Assembly: GCA_038252525.1 (NCBI GenBank)
Contig: JBBSAF010000001.1
Span: 1-28,737, forward strand
DNA length: 28,737 bases
Reading direction: 5' to 3'
Source: Tepidisphaerales bacterium
Lineage (GTDB): Bacteria; Planctomycetota; Phycisphaerae; Tepidisphaerales; Tepidisphaeraceae
In this document: positions 18,663 to 28,066 of the stretch, piece after piece
Layout of the letters: every line of letters starts with the position of its first letter
Numbering within the stretch: the first letter of the stretch is position 1
The notes under the pieces: generated by a model
What the model was told of the DNA's origin: nothing
The model's input: only the letters and a program-made list of their open reading frames with translations
Database searches by the model: none
Position numbers and translations under genes: made by a program

Positions 18663-18786
18663 GCGCCGCCGCGTGCGATGCGCGGGTCAACACCCCAATG
18701 GCGCCGTCGAGTGCGATGCGCGGGTCCACACCGCGGTGGCGCCGCCGCGTGCGATGCGCGGGTCAACACCCCAATGGCGCCGTCGC
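18663..18786. repeat. 38-bp tandem repeat (about 3.3 copies)
   Basis: The core GTGCGATGCGCGGGTC sits at 18673, 18711 and 18749. A 47-bp exact duplicate spans 18663-18709 and 18739-18785. Confidence 0.9.
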
Positions 18787-18909
18787 CCACGCCCGACGAC
18801 GAATGCACGGCGGCCGCGCGCCTCGCGCATGCGCCCCGGCGCCTTCAGCGCGAAACGCCCGCTTGGCGCGGAACCCGCGCCCCTGTCGCCAATGGGGCGA
18901 TGACGCGGC

Positions 18910-20163
18910 TCATGCCCGGACCTTGGTGCCGGCGGCCTTGGCGAGGGTGGCGGCCATGTCGGTCTTTTCCCAGGAAAACTCGCCGTTGGGGCCGGGCATG
19001 CGCCCGAAATGCCCGTGCCGCGCCGTCTCCTTGTAGATCGGCTTGAGCAGATCGAGGTGTTTGATGATCGCCCGCGGGGTCAGCTTGAAATGGGTGCGGA
19101 CGATCTCGGAAATCTTGTCCTCGGGGATGGCGGCGGTGCCCTCGGTGCTGACCGTCACGCTGACCGGCTCGGCCACGCCGATGGCGTACGCCAGTTGCAC
19201 CTCGGCGGCGTCGGCGATGCCGGCGGCGACGATGTTCTTGGCGATGTATCGCGCCATGTAGCAGGCCGAACGGTCCACCTTGGAGGGGTCCTTGCCGCTG
19301 AACGCCCCGCCGCCGTGGGCGCCGCGACCGCCGTAGCTGTCGACGATGATCTTTCGCCCGGTCAGCCCGGTGTCGCCGTGGGGGCCGCCGATCACGAACC
19401 GGCCGGTGGGGTTGACGTGGAAGATGATTTTGTCGTTCCAGTATTCATCGGGCACCACCGGGCGAATGACCAACTCGATGATCTGCTTGCGGGCTGCGTC
19501 GGAGAAGACGCCTTTTTTGTCGAGCACGCTCTCATCGTGCTGGGTGGATACCACGACGGTGTGGACGCGGACGGGCTTTTCATTCTTATACTCGACCGTC
19601 ACTTGGCTCTTGCCGTCGGGGCGCAGCCAGGGCAGCGTGCCGTCCAGTCGCAGTTCGGCCATTTTCTCGACGATGCGGTGGGCGAGGTGGATGGGCAGGG
19701 GCATGAGCACATCGGTCTCGTCGCAGGCATAGCCGAACATCAATCCCTGGTCGCCGGCGCCCATCTCCTGTTCCGACGATTTTCCCTCGGCGTGATCGAC
19801 GCCGCGCCCGATGTCGGTCGATTGGGCATGAAGTGCGACCAGCACCCCGCAGGAATGGGAATCGAACCCGATCTCGGCGTGGGTGTAGCCGATCTCCTTG
19901 ATCGTGTCCCGGGCGATCTCGGCGGCGTCGATGTAAGCGTTGGTCCGCAGCTCGCCGGCGAGAATGACCTGCCCGGTGGTGACGAGGGTTTCGCAGGCGC
20001 AGCGGATGTTGGCGAGGTTGGCCTGGGGGCCGAGTTTGGCCTCCTCGGTGAGGAGTGCGTCGAGGATGGCGTCACTGATCTGGTCGGAGACCTTGTCGGG
20101 GTGGCCCATGGTGACCGATTCGCTGGTGAACAAGTGGCTGGTGCGGCGGAATTGTGGCGACAC
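18910..20163 (-). CDS. metK: S-adenosylmethionine synthetase, 417 aa
   Basis: Motifs [55 protein letters not shown] and [16 protein letters not shown] are present. GTG start with a GAGGAG RBS. Confidence 0.99.
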   Translation of the reverse strand: MSPQFRRTSHLFTSESVTMGHPDKVSDQISDAILDALLTEEAKLGPQANLANIRCACETLVTTGQVILAGELRTNAYIDAAEIARDTIKEIGYTHAEIGFDSHSCGVLVALHAQSTDIGRGVDHAEGKSSEQEMGAGDQGLMFGYACDETDVLMPLPIHLAHRIVEKMAELRLDGTLPWLRPDGKSQVTVEYKNEKPVRVHTVVVSTQHDESVLDKKGVFSDAARKQIIELVIRPVVPDEYWNDKIIFHVNPTGRFVIGGPHGDTGLTGRKIIVDSYGGRGAHGGGAFSGKDPSKVDRSACYMARYIAKNIVAAGIADAAEVQLAYAIGVAEPVSVTVSTEGTAAIPEDKISEIVRTHFKLTPRAIIKHLDLLKPIYKETARHGHFGRMPGPNGEFSWEKTDMAATLAKAAGTKVRA

Positions 20164-20207
20164 GGAGGCTCCTCAGTAAAAACCGTTGAAGTCGAACGAA
20201 GAAAAAA

Positions 20208-20236
20208 ACGATACCGCCCCGCACGCCCGCGGGCAA
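20208..20236 (-). promoter_or_regulatory. Sigma70-like promoter TTGCCC-N17-TATCGT for metK
   Basis: -35 at 20236-20231 and -10 at 20213-20208, giving a leader of roughly 40 nt. Confidence 0.6.
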
Positions 20237-20285
20237 GCGACCTTCCGCGGCGCATTTCGGCCGGGCGAGCGGGGCGGCGCATGGG

Positions 20286-20395
20286 GGCAGTTTCGCAACA
20301 CGGCACTGTCGCAACGGGGCACGTGGCACGGTCGCAACGGGGCACTGTCGCAACGGGTCGAAAGGCGGCAATGTCGCATTGCGGCAAATTGACGC
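20286..20395. repeat. 16-bp periodic array GGCAnnGTCGCAACGG upstream of the lptD promoter
   Basis: Units at 20286, 20302, 20325 and 20341, with variants at 20367 (GGCAATGTCGCATTGC) and 20383. Confidence 0.85.
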
Positions 20396-20416
20396 TTTCG
20401 GCGTCGCATCTATAAT
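20389..20416 (+). promoter_or_regulatory. Near-consensus sigma70 promoter TTGACG-N16-TATAAT for lptD
   Basis: -35 at 20389-20394 and -10 at 20411-20416. Confidence 0.7.
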
Positions 20417-20468
20417 GTCGGCGACCTCGTCCTTGGATTGTCCCCGGGCGCGGCGGAAGGAGTCGCCG

Positions 20469-23366
20469 GTGGCGCGCGGTCGCAAGTTGCTCGTTCTCAT
20501 CGCGCTGCTTTGGCCGGCGGTCCCGGCCAGGGGGCAATATCAGCCGCCGGCCCAATCCCTCGCGATCCAAGCCCCCCACGCCGACACTTGGACCCAAGGG
20601 GCGACCCAAATCGTCCTGCTCGATGGCGGCGTGACGCTGGAGATCGACGATGCCAAGCTGTCGGCCCGGACGGCGGTGGTGTGGATCACCCCCGTGCCCG
20701 GCGTGGCCCTCGATACACAGCGCGTCGAGGTGGCGTTGATCGACGATGCCCGACTCATCCAGGGCGCCGTCCGCCGCGAGGGACCGGTGCTGTATGTGAC
20801 GGCGACCCTCGCCGGCGCCGTGCGATTGATCGCCGACGATCGGCGCGGGCGCGATTCGGGCGGGTCCGCGACCTATCAAAAGGCATTGACGGTCCGGGAG
20901 GCCGGGAAGACGGGGCAAACCTTGCCCGGCGCCCCGGCGAATGCCGCGCCCGCCGCGAATGCCGTGGCCACGAGCCAACCCTCCCCCGTGCGGCGATCGG
21001 GCGCCGGCGAGCCGGTGCAGTTCCGGTTTCCCGGCACGCTCCGCACGCTGCGGGACGACGACGGGAAGATCGCGGTCGAGATCGAAGGCGGCGTCACTCT
21101 GTACCAGCGCGGCAAGGAGGGGGACTTCCTGGAGCTGCGGGCCGACCGCGTTGTGCTGTTCACCTCGCTGGACAAGCTTGGCGATGCGATGGGCGGCGGG
21201 GACCGACCGACCCTCGAGAAGACCATCCGCGGCGCGTATCTCGAAGGGGATGTGCGGATCGTCTACACGCCGGCAGGCTCGAAGATCGGCGAGTCGCGGC
21301 TCACGGCCGAGCGGGCTTATTACGATTTCACCACCGATCGGGCGATCCTGACCGACGCCATCCTGCACGCCATCGACCCCGGACGGCAGATCCCAATCAT
21401 ACTGCGGGCCAAAACCATCCGGCAGTTGGCGTTGTCCGACGCCCGCCGGGAATATGGCGCGGAGGACCTGGTGCTGACCACCAGCGCCTTCGCCACACCG
21501 TCGTATGCCGTGGCCGCCGAGAAGGCGTATGTGCGCCAGACGCAACTGCCCGGCGAATCGCCCATCACCCGTTTCGGAGCCGACAACGCCACGCTGGAAA
21601 CCTTCGGCGTGCCGGTCTTCTGGCTGCCCGGAATCGGTGGCACGGTCACGCAGAACGGCATCCCGCTGCGGGCGCTGCAGCTTGAGAACTCCAGCCGCTT
21701 CGGCATGGGCGCCCGGTCGCAGTGGGGATTGTTCGAGACCCTCGGGCGGCCGGCCCCGCCGGGGCTGGACATGGCATATCGGCTGGACTATCTGGGCGAT
21801 CGCGGACCGGCCACCGGGCTGGACGCGCGGTACACCGGCGGCTTCATCACCGAAACCACGCGCGATCCGTGGAACTTCGCGGGCGATTTCACGTCGTATG
21901 TGATCCTCGACCGCGGGAAGGACGACCTGCCGGCCGACCGCGCGGACGTGACCCCGCCGGGCGACCTTCGCGGGCGGTTCCTGTGGAAGCACCAGCACTT
22001 CTTCCCCGATGATTGGCAGGTGCAGATGCGGGCGGGGTATGTATCGGATCCGACATTCCTCGAGGAATATTTCGAGAACGATTATTACCGCAACCGCCCC
22101 CACGACCTGTCGCTGTATGTCAAACGGCAGCGCGACACCGAGGCGCTGACGTTCGCCCTCGACTACCAGCCCAACGACTTCGTGACCAACGTCGATTACG
22201 TGCAGGAACAGTTCGAGATCGACCGCATCCCCGAGATCGGCTACCACCGCATCGGCGATGCCCCGGCCGGTGATGCGATGACCTTTTACAGCGACAACAC
22301 CTTGTCGGCGCTGCGATTCAGCCCGACCAGCGCGACCTTGGCGGAGCAGGGGTTCGTCGGCCCGCTCAATCCCGGTCTGCCGTCGGTCGGGTGGACCGGC
22401 ACGACCGGCGATTACGTCGCCCGGGGGGATTTCCGCCAGGAGGTCGCGTTCCCGTTCTCGGCCGGGCAGATCCGCATGGCGCCCTATGTGGTCGGACGCT
22501 ACACCGGATACAGCGATTCGCCCTACGGCGTGGCCGAAAACCGCCTGTACGCCGGGGCGGGGATGCGGTTCGGCACCGCGTTCTGGGCCGTGGATGACAC
22601 GGTGGAGTCGCGATTGCTGGACCTGCATCGCCTGCGGCACGTCGTCGAGCCGCAGTTGCAGTTGTTCGCCGGCGCCCAGTCGGTCGACCGCGACAAGTTG
22701 TATCTCTATGACGAGGGGGTGGACGCGATCAACGATGTCTCGGGGGCGTCGATGGCGCTGCGGCAGCGTTGGCAGACGCAGCGCGGCGGGCCGGGGCGAT
22801 GGCGCAGCGTCGATGTGTTCACGCTGAACCTGGAAGCGAACTATTTCGTGAACCAGCCGCCCGACGCCCAGCTTCGGCCATACGCCTTCCGCGGGCTGTT
22901 TTTCCCGTCGGTTCCCGAGGCGTCGGTGCCGCGGCAGAGCCTCAACGCCGACGCCACGTGGCGCATCAGCGACACCACCGCCCTGCTGTCGGATGTGCAA
23001 TACAACTGGGAGGCCGAGGAGCTGGCCACCGCGTCGATCGGCCTGGCCGTCAGCCGCGACCCGCGGATGACCTATTTCATCGGACAGCGGTACATCGAGG
23101 AGCTTCACAGCAACATCCTGTCAGCGTCGATCTCCTATGACCTGAGCACCAAATACACGCTGATCCTGGGGCAATCGTTCGATTTCGGGCGCCAAACGCA
23201 GGTCTCGACGAGCGGCACGGTCGTGCGGCGATTCGACACCTTCATGGCCGCCATCCGCGTCTATTACGACGCGACCAACGACGAAAGCGGCGTGTCGTTC
23301 AATTTGTTGCCGCTGGGACTGGGGTACGGATTGGGGACCGATGCGCTGACGCCGTCGGATCAATGA
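20469..23366 (+). CDS. lptD: LPS-assembly outer-membrane beta-barrel protein LptD (OstA family), about 965 aa
   Basis: GTG start 6 nt after AAGGAG, downstream of the promoter. A signal peptide is followed by OstA-like jelly-roll segments (LEGDVRIVY, AERAYYDF) and a beta-barrel with YVSDPTFLEEYF and LRHVVEP. Confidence 0.88.
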   Translation: MARGRKLLVLIALLWPAVPARGQYQPPAQSLAIQAPHADTWTQGATQIVLLDGGVTLEIDDAKLSARTAVVWITPVPGVALDTQRVEVALIDDARLIQGAVRREGPVLYVTATLAGAVRLIADDRRGRDSGGSATYQKALTVREAGKTGQTLPGAPANAAPAANAVATSQPSPVRRSGAGEPVQFRFPGTLRTLRDDDGKIAVEIEGGVTLYQRGKEGDFLELRADRVVLFTSLDKLGDAMGGGDRPTLEKTIRGAYLEGDVRIVYTPAGSKIGESRLTAERAYYDFTTDRAILTDAILHAIDPGRQIPIILRAKTIRQLALSDARREYGAEDLVLTTSAFATPSYAVAAEKAYVRQTQLPGESPITRFGADNATLETFGVPVFWLPGIGGTVTQNGIPLRALQLENSSRFGMGARSQWGLFETLGRPAPPGLDMAYRLDYLGDRGPATGLDARYTGGFITETTRDPWNFAGDFTSYVILDRGKDDLPADRADVTPPGDLRGRFLWKHQHFFPDDWQVQMRAGYVSDPTFLEEYFENDYYRNRPHDLSLYVKRQRDTEALTFALDYQPNDFVTNVDYVQEQFEIDRIPEIGYHRIGDAPAGDAMTFYSDNTLSALRFSPTSATLAEQGFVGPLNPGLPSVGWTGTTGDYVARGDFRQEVAFPFSAGQIRMAPYVVGRYTGYSDSPYGVAENRLYAGAGMRFGTAFWAVDDTVESRLLDLHRLRHVVEPQLQLFAGAQSVDRDKLYLYDEGVDAINDVSGASMALRQRWQTQRGGPGRWRSVDVFTLNLEANYFVNQPPDAQLRPYAFRGLFFPSVPEASVPRQSLNADATWRISDTTALLSDVQYNWEAEELATASIGLAVSRDPRMTYFIGQRYIEELHSNILSASISYDLSTKYTLILGQSFDFGRQTQVSTSGTVVRRFDTFMAAIRVYYDATNDESGVSFNLLPLGLGYGLGTDALTPSDQ

Positions 23367-23658
23367 TCGCCGACGGGTCCGTGGTCGGTCGCCCTTGGAC
23401 GGTCGGAGGCCGAGGTTGGTTTTGCTCACACCTTGCTCGTCGGGATTGTGGATGATGTGGTTGAGCCAACGGTCGGCCAGATCGCGGGCGTGAGGGCGCT
23501 GATGGCGCTGCCGGTGGTCTTGCCCATCCAGCAGGCGCGGGTCTTGTCGGCGATGGCGTCCCACGCGAGCTTGCGAGGGTGGCGGGGCGAAATCCTTTGG
23601 GTGATGTCGAGGAACCGCGGTCGGAATCAATTCAGAGTACGGGTGAGCGGGTCGAAGA

Positions 23659-24879
<1,221 letters not shown>

Positions 24880-24996
24880 GATCGGTTCTCCTTCGGTTGG
24901 TTGAAGGGGAAAGTATAGTGTCCGATCCCGCGGATCAAAGGGGGCGCGGCGAAGGGCTGGGGCGAGCGTTTCATTTGCATGAAGATCCCGACAAAT

Positions 24997-26949
24997 CTAT
25001 GGCCGCGCGACGGGGGCGGGTTCGGAGGCGGGCGCGGGGGCGGCGGCGTCGGCCTTGGCGGCGTTTTCGTTGCGGAGAATGAGAGGTTGGCTGAGGCGGG
25101 CGATGCGCTCGACCGAGGCGCGGAGGGTGGTGGTGACGATGACATCGCCGGCGCAGGCGATGCGGGTCTTGGCCTTGGCCGGGTCGATGCGGGGACTCCA
25201 GAGTCCGACGATCATCAGACCTTTGGCGTCGGCGGCGTGGAGGCGCTTGCACAGATACCGGGCATGGAGGGTGGCGGAGGGGGGCATGGCGGAAACGACG
25301 ACGATGGGCGCTGCGTGGCGGTGGACCTCGGTGACCATCTCCGAGGCCAAGGCGGTGACGGCGACGGTGGTGGCGCAGTAATTCAGCGAGCGGAGCAACT
25401 GCGCCAGCATCCGGGCTGCCAATTCGTCGGCGTCGTCATGGGCCGGGAGGCAGAGGACTTTCACCTCACAGCCGGCGGGAACGGGCGCGGGCAGGGCTCT
25501 GGGGTCGGGATCGGTTTTCGCGGAGGTTTTCGCGGAGGTTTTGGCATCGGGGGCGTCCGCGGCGGCGCGTTCGATGTCTTCGAGGTCGCCCATCAGATCA
25601 TGCAGGGTGGTTCGGATGAAGTCGGCCCGGCGCTCGTCGAGCAGCCCGCGATGGCGGTCGTCCTCGCTGAGGGCCAATGCGGGGAGGATCATATCGTCGT
25701 ACAGGTCGAGGAGGGTGTGGGCGGCGAGGTAGTCGCGGGCCAGCTCGTGGGATTCCTCCTCATCCAGCGCCAACAGGCGTTGATACAGCGCTTGGTGCGG
25801 CTCGAAGACGGGGCGATCGCCGAGCAGCACCTCCAGGAACGACAGTTGCGGCACGTAACGCCCCAGAACGACCAGGCAAACCGTCAGCGGCGTCGAAAGG
25901 ATCAGCCCGACCGGTCCCCACAACCATGTCCAGAAGACCGCGGCGAAGATGATGGCGATGGCCGACATGCCGGTGCTGGCGCCGTAGAGCCAGGGTTCCA
26001 TGAAGTTGTTGCTGATGAGTTCGATGAGGACGAACATTCCCAGCACGGTGAGGAAAATGTGCAGACCGGGGAAGACAATGACGGCCAGACTGAGCGGAAA
26101 GGCGGCGCCCATCCACGGGCCGACGTAGGGGATGAAGCGGAGGACGCCGCAGAGCAGTCCCCAGAGGGCGAAGTTGGGGAATCCGGCGGGGGTCATGCCC
26201 AAACCGATGAGCCAAAGCCCCGCGGCGACGGTGAGGCCGTAGGTGCCGTTGACCATGGCCTGGGCGGTGAGATATTTGCTGACGCGGGTGGCGGCGTCGT
26301 CGAGCGCCTGGGTGGTGAGGGTGAGTCGGCCTTGGCCGATGAGGTGGATCATGCGGTTTCGCAGATCCTCGCGTTCCAGCAGGATGAACAGCACCAGCAG
26401 AAGCACGATGCCGGCGGTTGCGAAGGTGTCGAAAACCGATCCGAGACCGGCGCCGAGGGAGAATCGCTCGAACGGGCCGGGAGGGCTGTCGGCGGCCGGC
26501 GCGTTGACCACGCGGACGGGGACGCCGACCTCGGCTTGGGCATTTTGCGTCGTGGGGCGGGAGGTGGCGTTGTTGACGATCTGCTCGGCGGTCTTGGCCG
26601 CTCGGGTGAAGCCGCCATCCACGCCGCTGCGAACAGCGCGGATCTTCTGTTCGATGTTGGAGCGATATTGGGGCAGATCGTCGGCCAAGGCCGAGAGTTG
26701 GTCGTACATGACATAACCCACCACGCCCACCACGCCAATGGCGCCGACGAAGGTGATGAGGACCGCGAGCACGCGCGGCAGCCGGCGTTCCAGCCGCCCG
26801 ACGATGGGCGCGAGCAGGAACGACAGCAGGACGGCCATCGCCAACGGCGCCAGCACATCGCGGGCGAAGTACAACGCCACCACCACCAGGCATACGGAGG
26901 CCAATACCAGTGTGCGATTGAGTTTTTGCGGCGTGGTTGTTCGCGGCAT
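24997..26949 (-). CDS. AI-2E (PerM/UPF0118) family permease with cytoplasmic C-terminal extension, 650 aa
   Basis: Motifs PLAMAVLLSFLLAP, EDLRNRMIHL, LRFIPYVGPW and ELISNNFMEPWLYGASTGMS...FWTWLWGPVGLILSTPLT, followed by a helical and an alpha/beta domain. Confidence 0.92.
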   Translation of the reverse strand: MPRTTTPQKLNRTLVLASVCLVVVALYFARDVLAPLAMAVLLSFLLAPIVGRLERRLPRVLAVLITFVGAIGVVGVVGYVMYDQLSALADDLPQYRSNIEQKIRAVRSGVDGGFTRAAKTAEQIVNNATSRPTTQNAQAEVGVPVRVVNAPAADSPPGPFERFSLGAGLGSVFDTFATAGIVLLLVLFILLEREDLRNRMIHLIGQGRLTLTTQALDDAATRVSKYLTAQAMVNGTYGLTVAAGLWLIGLGMTPAGFPNFALWGLLCGVLRFIPYVGPWMGAAFPLSLAVIVFPGLHIFLTVLGMFVLIELISNNFMEPWLYGASTGMSAIAIIFAAVFWTWLWGPVGLILSTPLTVCLVVLGRYVPQLSFLEVLLGDRPVFEPHQALYQRLLALDEEESHELARDYLAAHTLLDLYDDMILPALALSEDDRHRGLLDERRADFIRTTLHDLMGDLEDIERAAADAPDAKTSAKTSAKTDPDPRALPAPVPAGCEVKVLCLPAHDDADELAARMLAQLLRSLNYCATTVAVTALASEMVTEVHRHAAPIVVVSAMPPSATLHARYLCKRLHAADAKGLMIVGLWSPRIDPAKAKTRIACAGDVIVTTTLRASVERIARLSQPLILRNENAAKADAAAPAPASEPAPVARP

Positions 26950-26967
26950 AGGGAAGTACCCATGGAG

Positions 26968-27029
26968 ATCATAGCAATCGCCGGGCCGCGGCGCGGAGAG
27001 GCAAATCGGCGACAGAGGCAAATCGGCGA
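26968..27029 (-). promoter_or_regulatory. Extended -10 (TGcTATGAT) plus an exact 16-bp tandem direct repeat upstream of the AI-2E permease
   Basis: TATGAT at 26973-26968 with TG upstream. AGAGGCAAATCGGCGA occurs at 26997-27012 and 27014-27029. Confidence 0.55.
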
Positions 27030-27034
27030 AAACG

Positions 27035-28066
27035 TCAGTGGCGATGGATCGGAAGCATGGTCGTCGGCGCCGACAGCGACAGGATGGCCATGGCGGTCGG
27101 GTAGACATCGGCGGGTTCCTCGCGGGTGGAACTCGCCGGCCAGTCGCCGTCGGGGCGCTGTCGGGGCAGCAGTCCCTCGCGGGTGCGGCGCCAGACGGCG
27201 GTCCAGGTGTCGCCGCCGATCAGCCGGGCGGCGTGCGTGGAATAGTAAAAACCGTAATAGGCGAAGCGCGAGTCGGGACCGACGGCCAGGGCGTCGGGCA
27301 GTTTGCCGGCGTCGGGAAGCTTGGCGTCGGCTCGGGGGTCCAGCAGGTGCAGGCAGACGATGGCGACGCCGGTCATGGCGGCCGAGGGCTGCTGGCCGGG
27401 CTGATAGGCATAGCCGCCCGGATCGGGGCGGTGGCAACGGCGGATGAAATCGGCGGCGCGACCGGCGGCGTCGGCGGGGATGTCCAGCCCGATGTCGCGC
27501 GCCGCGCCCAAGGCCAGGGCGTTCCATCCCGACAGCGACAAATCCGAATCGGCGCTGGTCGGATCGTAACGCCAACCGCCGGCGTGGGCGGCATCCTTGG
27601 GGATGGATTGGGCGGACAGGATGACGCCGAGAAGACGCCGGGTGGCGGCCAGGATCGCTTCGCGCCGCGCCGGGTCGGGTTCGACGCCATACGCCTCGGC
27701 CAGCGCGAGCGCGACGATGCCCTGGCCATACATCCGCCCGCCATCGACCTTGCCAATGTAGCCGTCGGGGGGAATCGCGGCGACGAGGGCATCGACGGTC
27801 TTGCGGACGACGCCGCCGTACAACCCGATGTCGGGGGTGTGGCCGTTGGACAGGAACGCCAGCAGCGCCAGCCCGCCGGTGGCGAGCCGGGGTCCATCGG
27901 CGGCGAACAGACCGTCGGGGCGCTGGCGTTTGGCCAGGAACGCCAACCCGCGTGAAATCGCCGCATCGACCTCCGCCGGCGCCTCTTCGGCGGCGGGGGC
28001 CGGAATCGGAGTGAGCACGACGAGCAGCGCGGCGACGACGATGAGACGAACCCATGGGCGGGTCAT
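27035..28066 (-). CDS. Secreted prenyltransferase/squalene-oxidase-repeat (alpha/alpha-toroid) protein, 343 aa
   Basis: AAGGAG RBS, signal peptide, QW-like repeats (KRQRPDG, GGWRY, GGYAY, RQRPDGDW) and ADSDLSLSGW. Confidence 0.88.
   Translation of the reverse strand: MTRPWVRLIVVAALLVVLTPIPAPAAEEAPAEVDAAISRGLAFLAKRQRPDGLFAADGPRLATGGLALLAFLSNGHTPDIGLYGGVVRKTVDALVAAIPPDGYIGKVDGGRMYGQGIVALALAEAYGVEPDPARREAILAATRRLLGVILSAQSIPKDAAHAGGWRYDPTSADSDLSLSGWNALALGAARDIGLDIPADAAGRAADFIRRCHRPDPGGYAYQPGQQPSAAMTGVAIVCLHLLDPRADAKLPDAGKLPDALAVGPDSRFAYYGFYYSTHAARLIGGDTWTAVWRRTREGLLPRQRPDGDWPASSTREEPADVYPTAMAILSLSAPTTMLPIHRH

Noticed and set aside
18663-18786. Possible mini-CRISPR (16-bp constant core with 22-nt intervening segments)
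   Set aside because: The intervening segments are similar or identical to each other, the repeat is too short, and there are no cas genes or leader. It is a tandem repeat.
20164-20240. SAM riboswitch upstream of metK
   Set aside because: The predicted promoter leaves only about a 40-nt leader, and no SAM-I/II core is recognisable.
20324-20340. Sigma54 promoter from TGGCACG within the 16-bp array
   Set aside because: There is no TTGC at the required spacing. The sequence is better explained as one unit of the repeat.
20379-20468. ORF-track N-terminal extensions (lptD from 20379, queA from 5919, AI-2E from 27108, ABC ATPase from 1005, prenyltransferase from 28201)
   Set aside because: They overlap promoters or neighbouring genes. 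Downstream starts have RBS, signal peptide or family N-terminal support.
19740-23108. 1122-aa minus-strand ORF and other very long alternative-frame ORFs (9139-10989, 24979-27447, 26349-28313, 16831-18390)
   Set aside because: These are antisense or off-frame shadows of well-supported genes in GC-rich DNA. They have Arg/Gly/Pro-rich composition and no motifs.
23426-23500. RAYT/Y1-transposase remnant, because HIIHNP resembles YIxxNP
   Set aside because: The catalytic Tyr and HUH motif are absent, and the similarity is too short to call.
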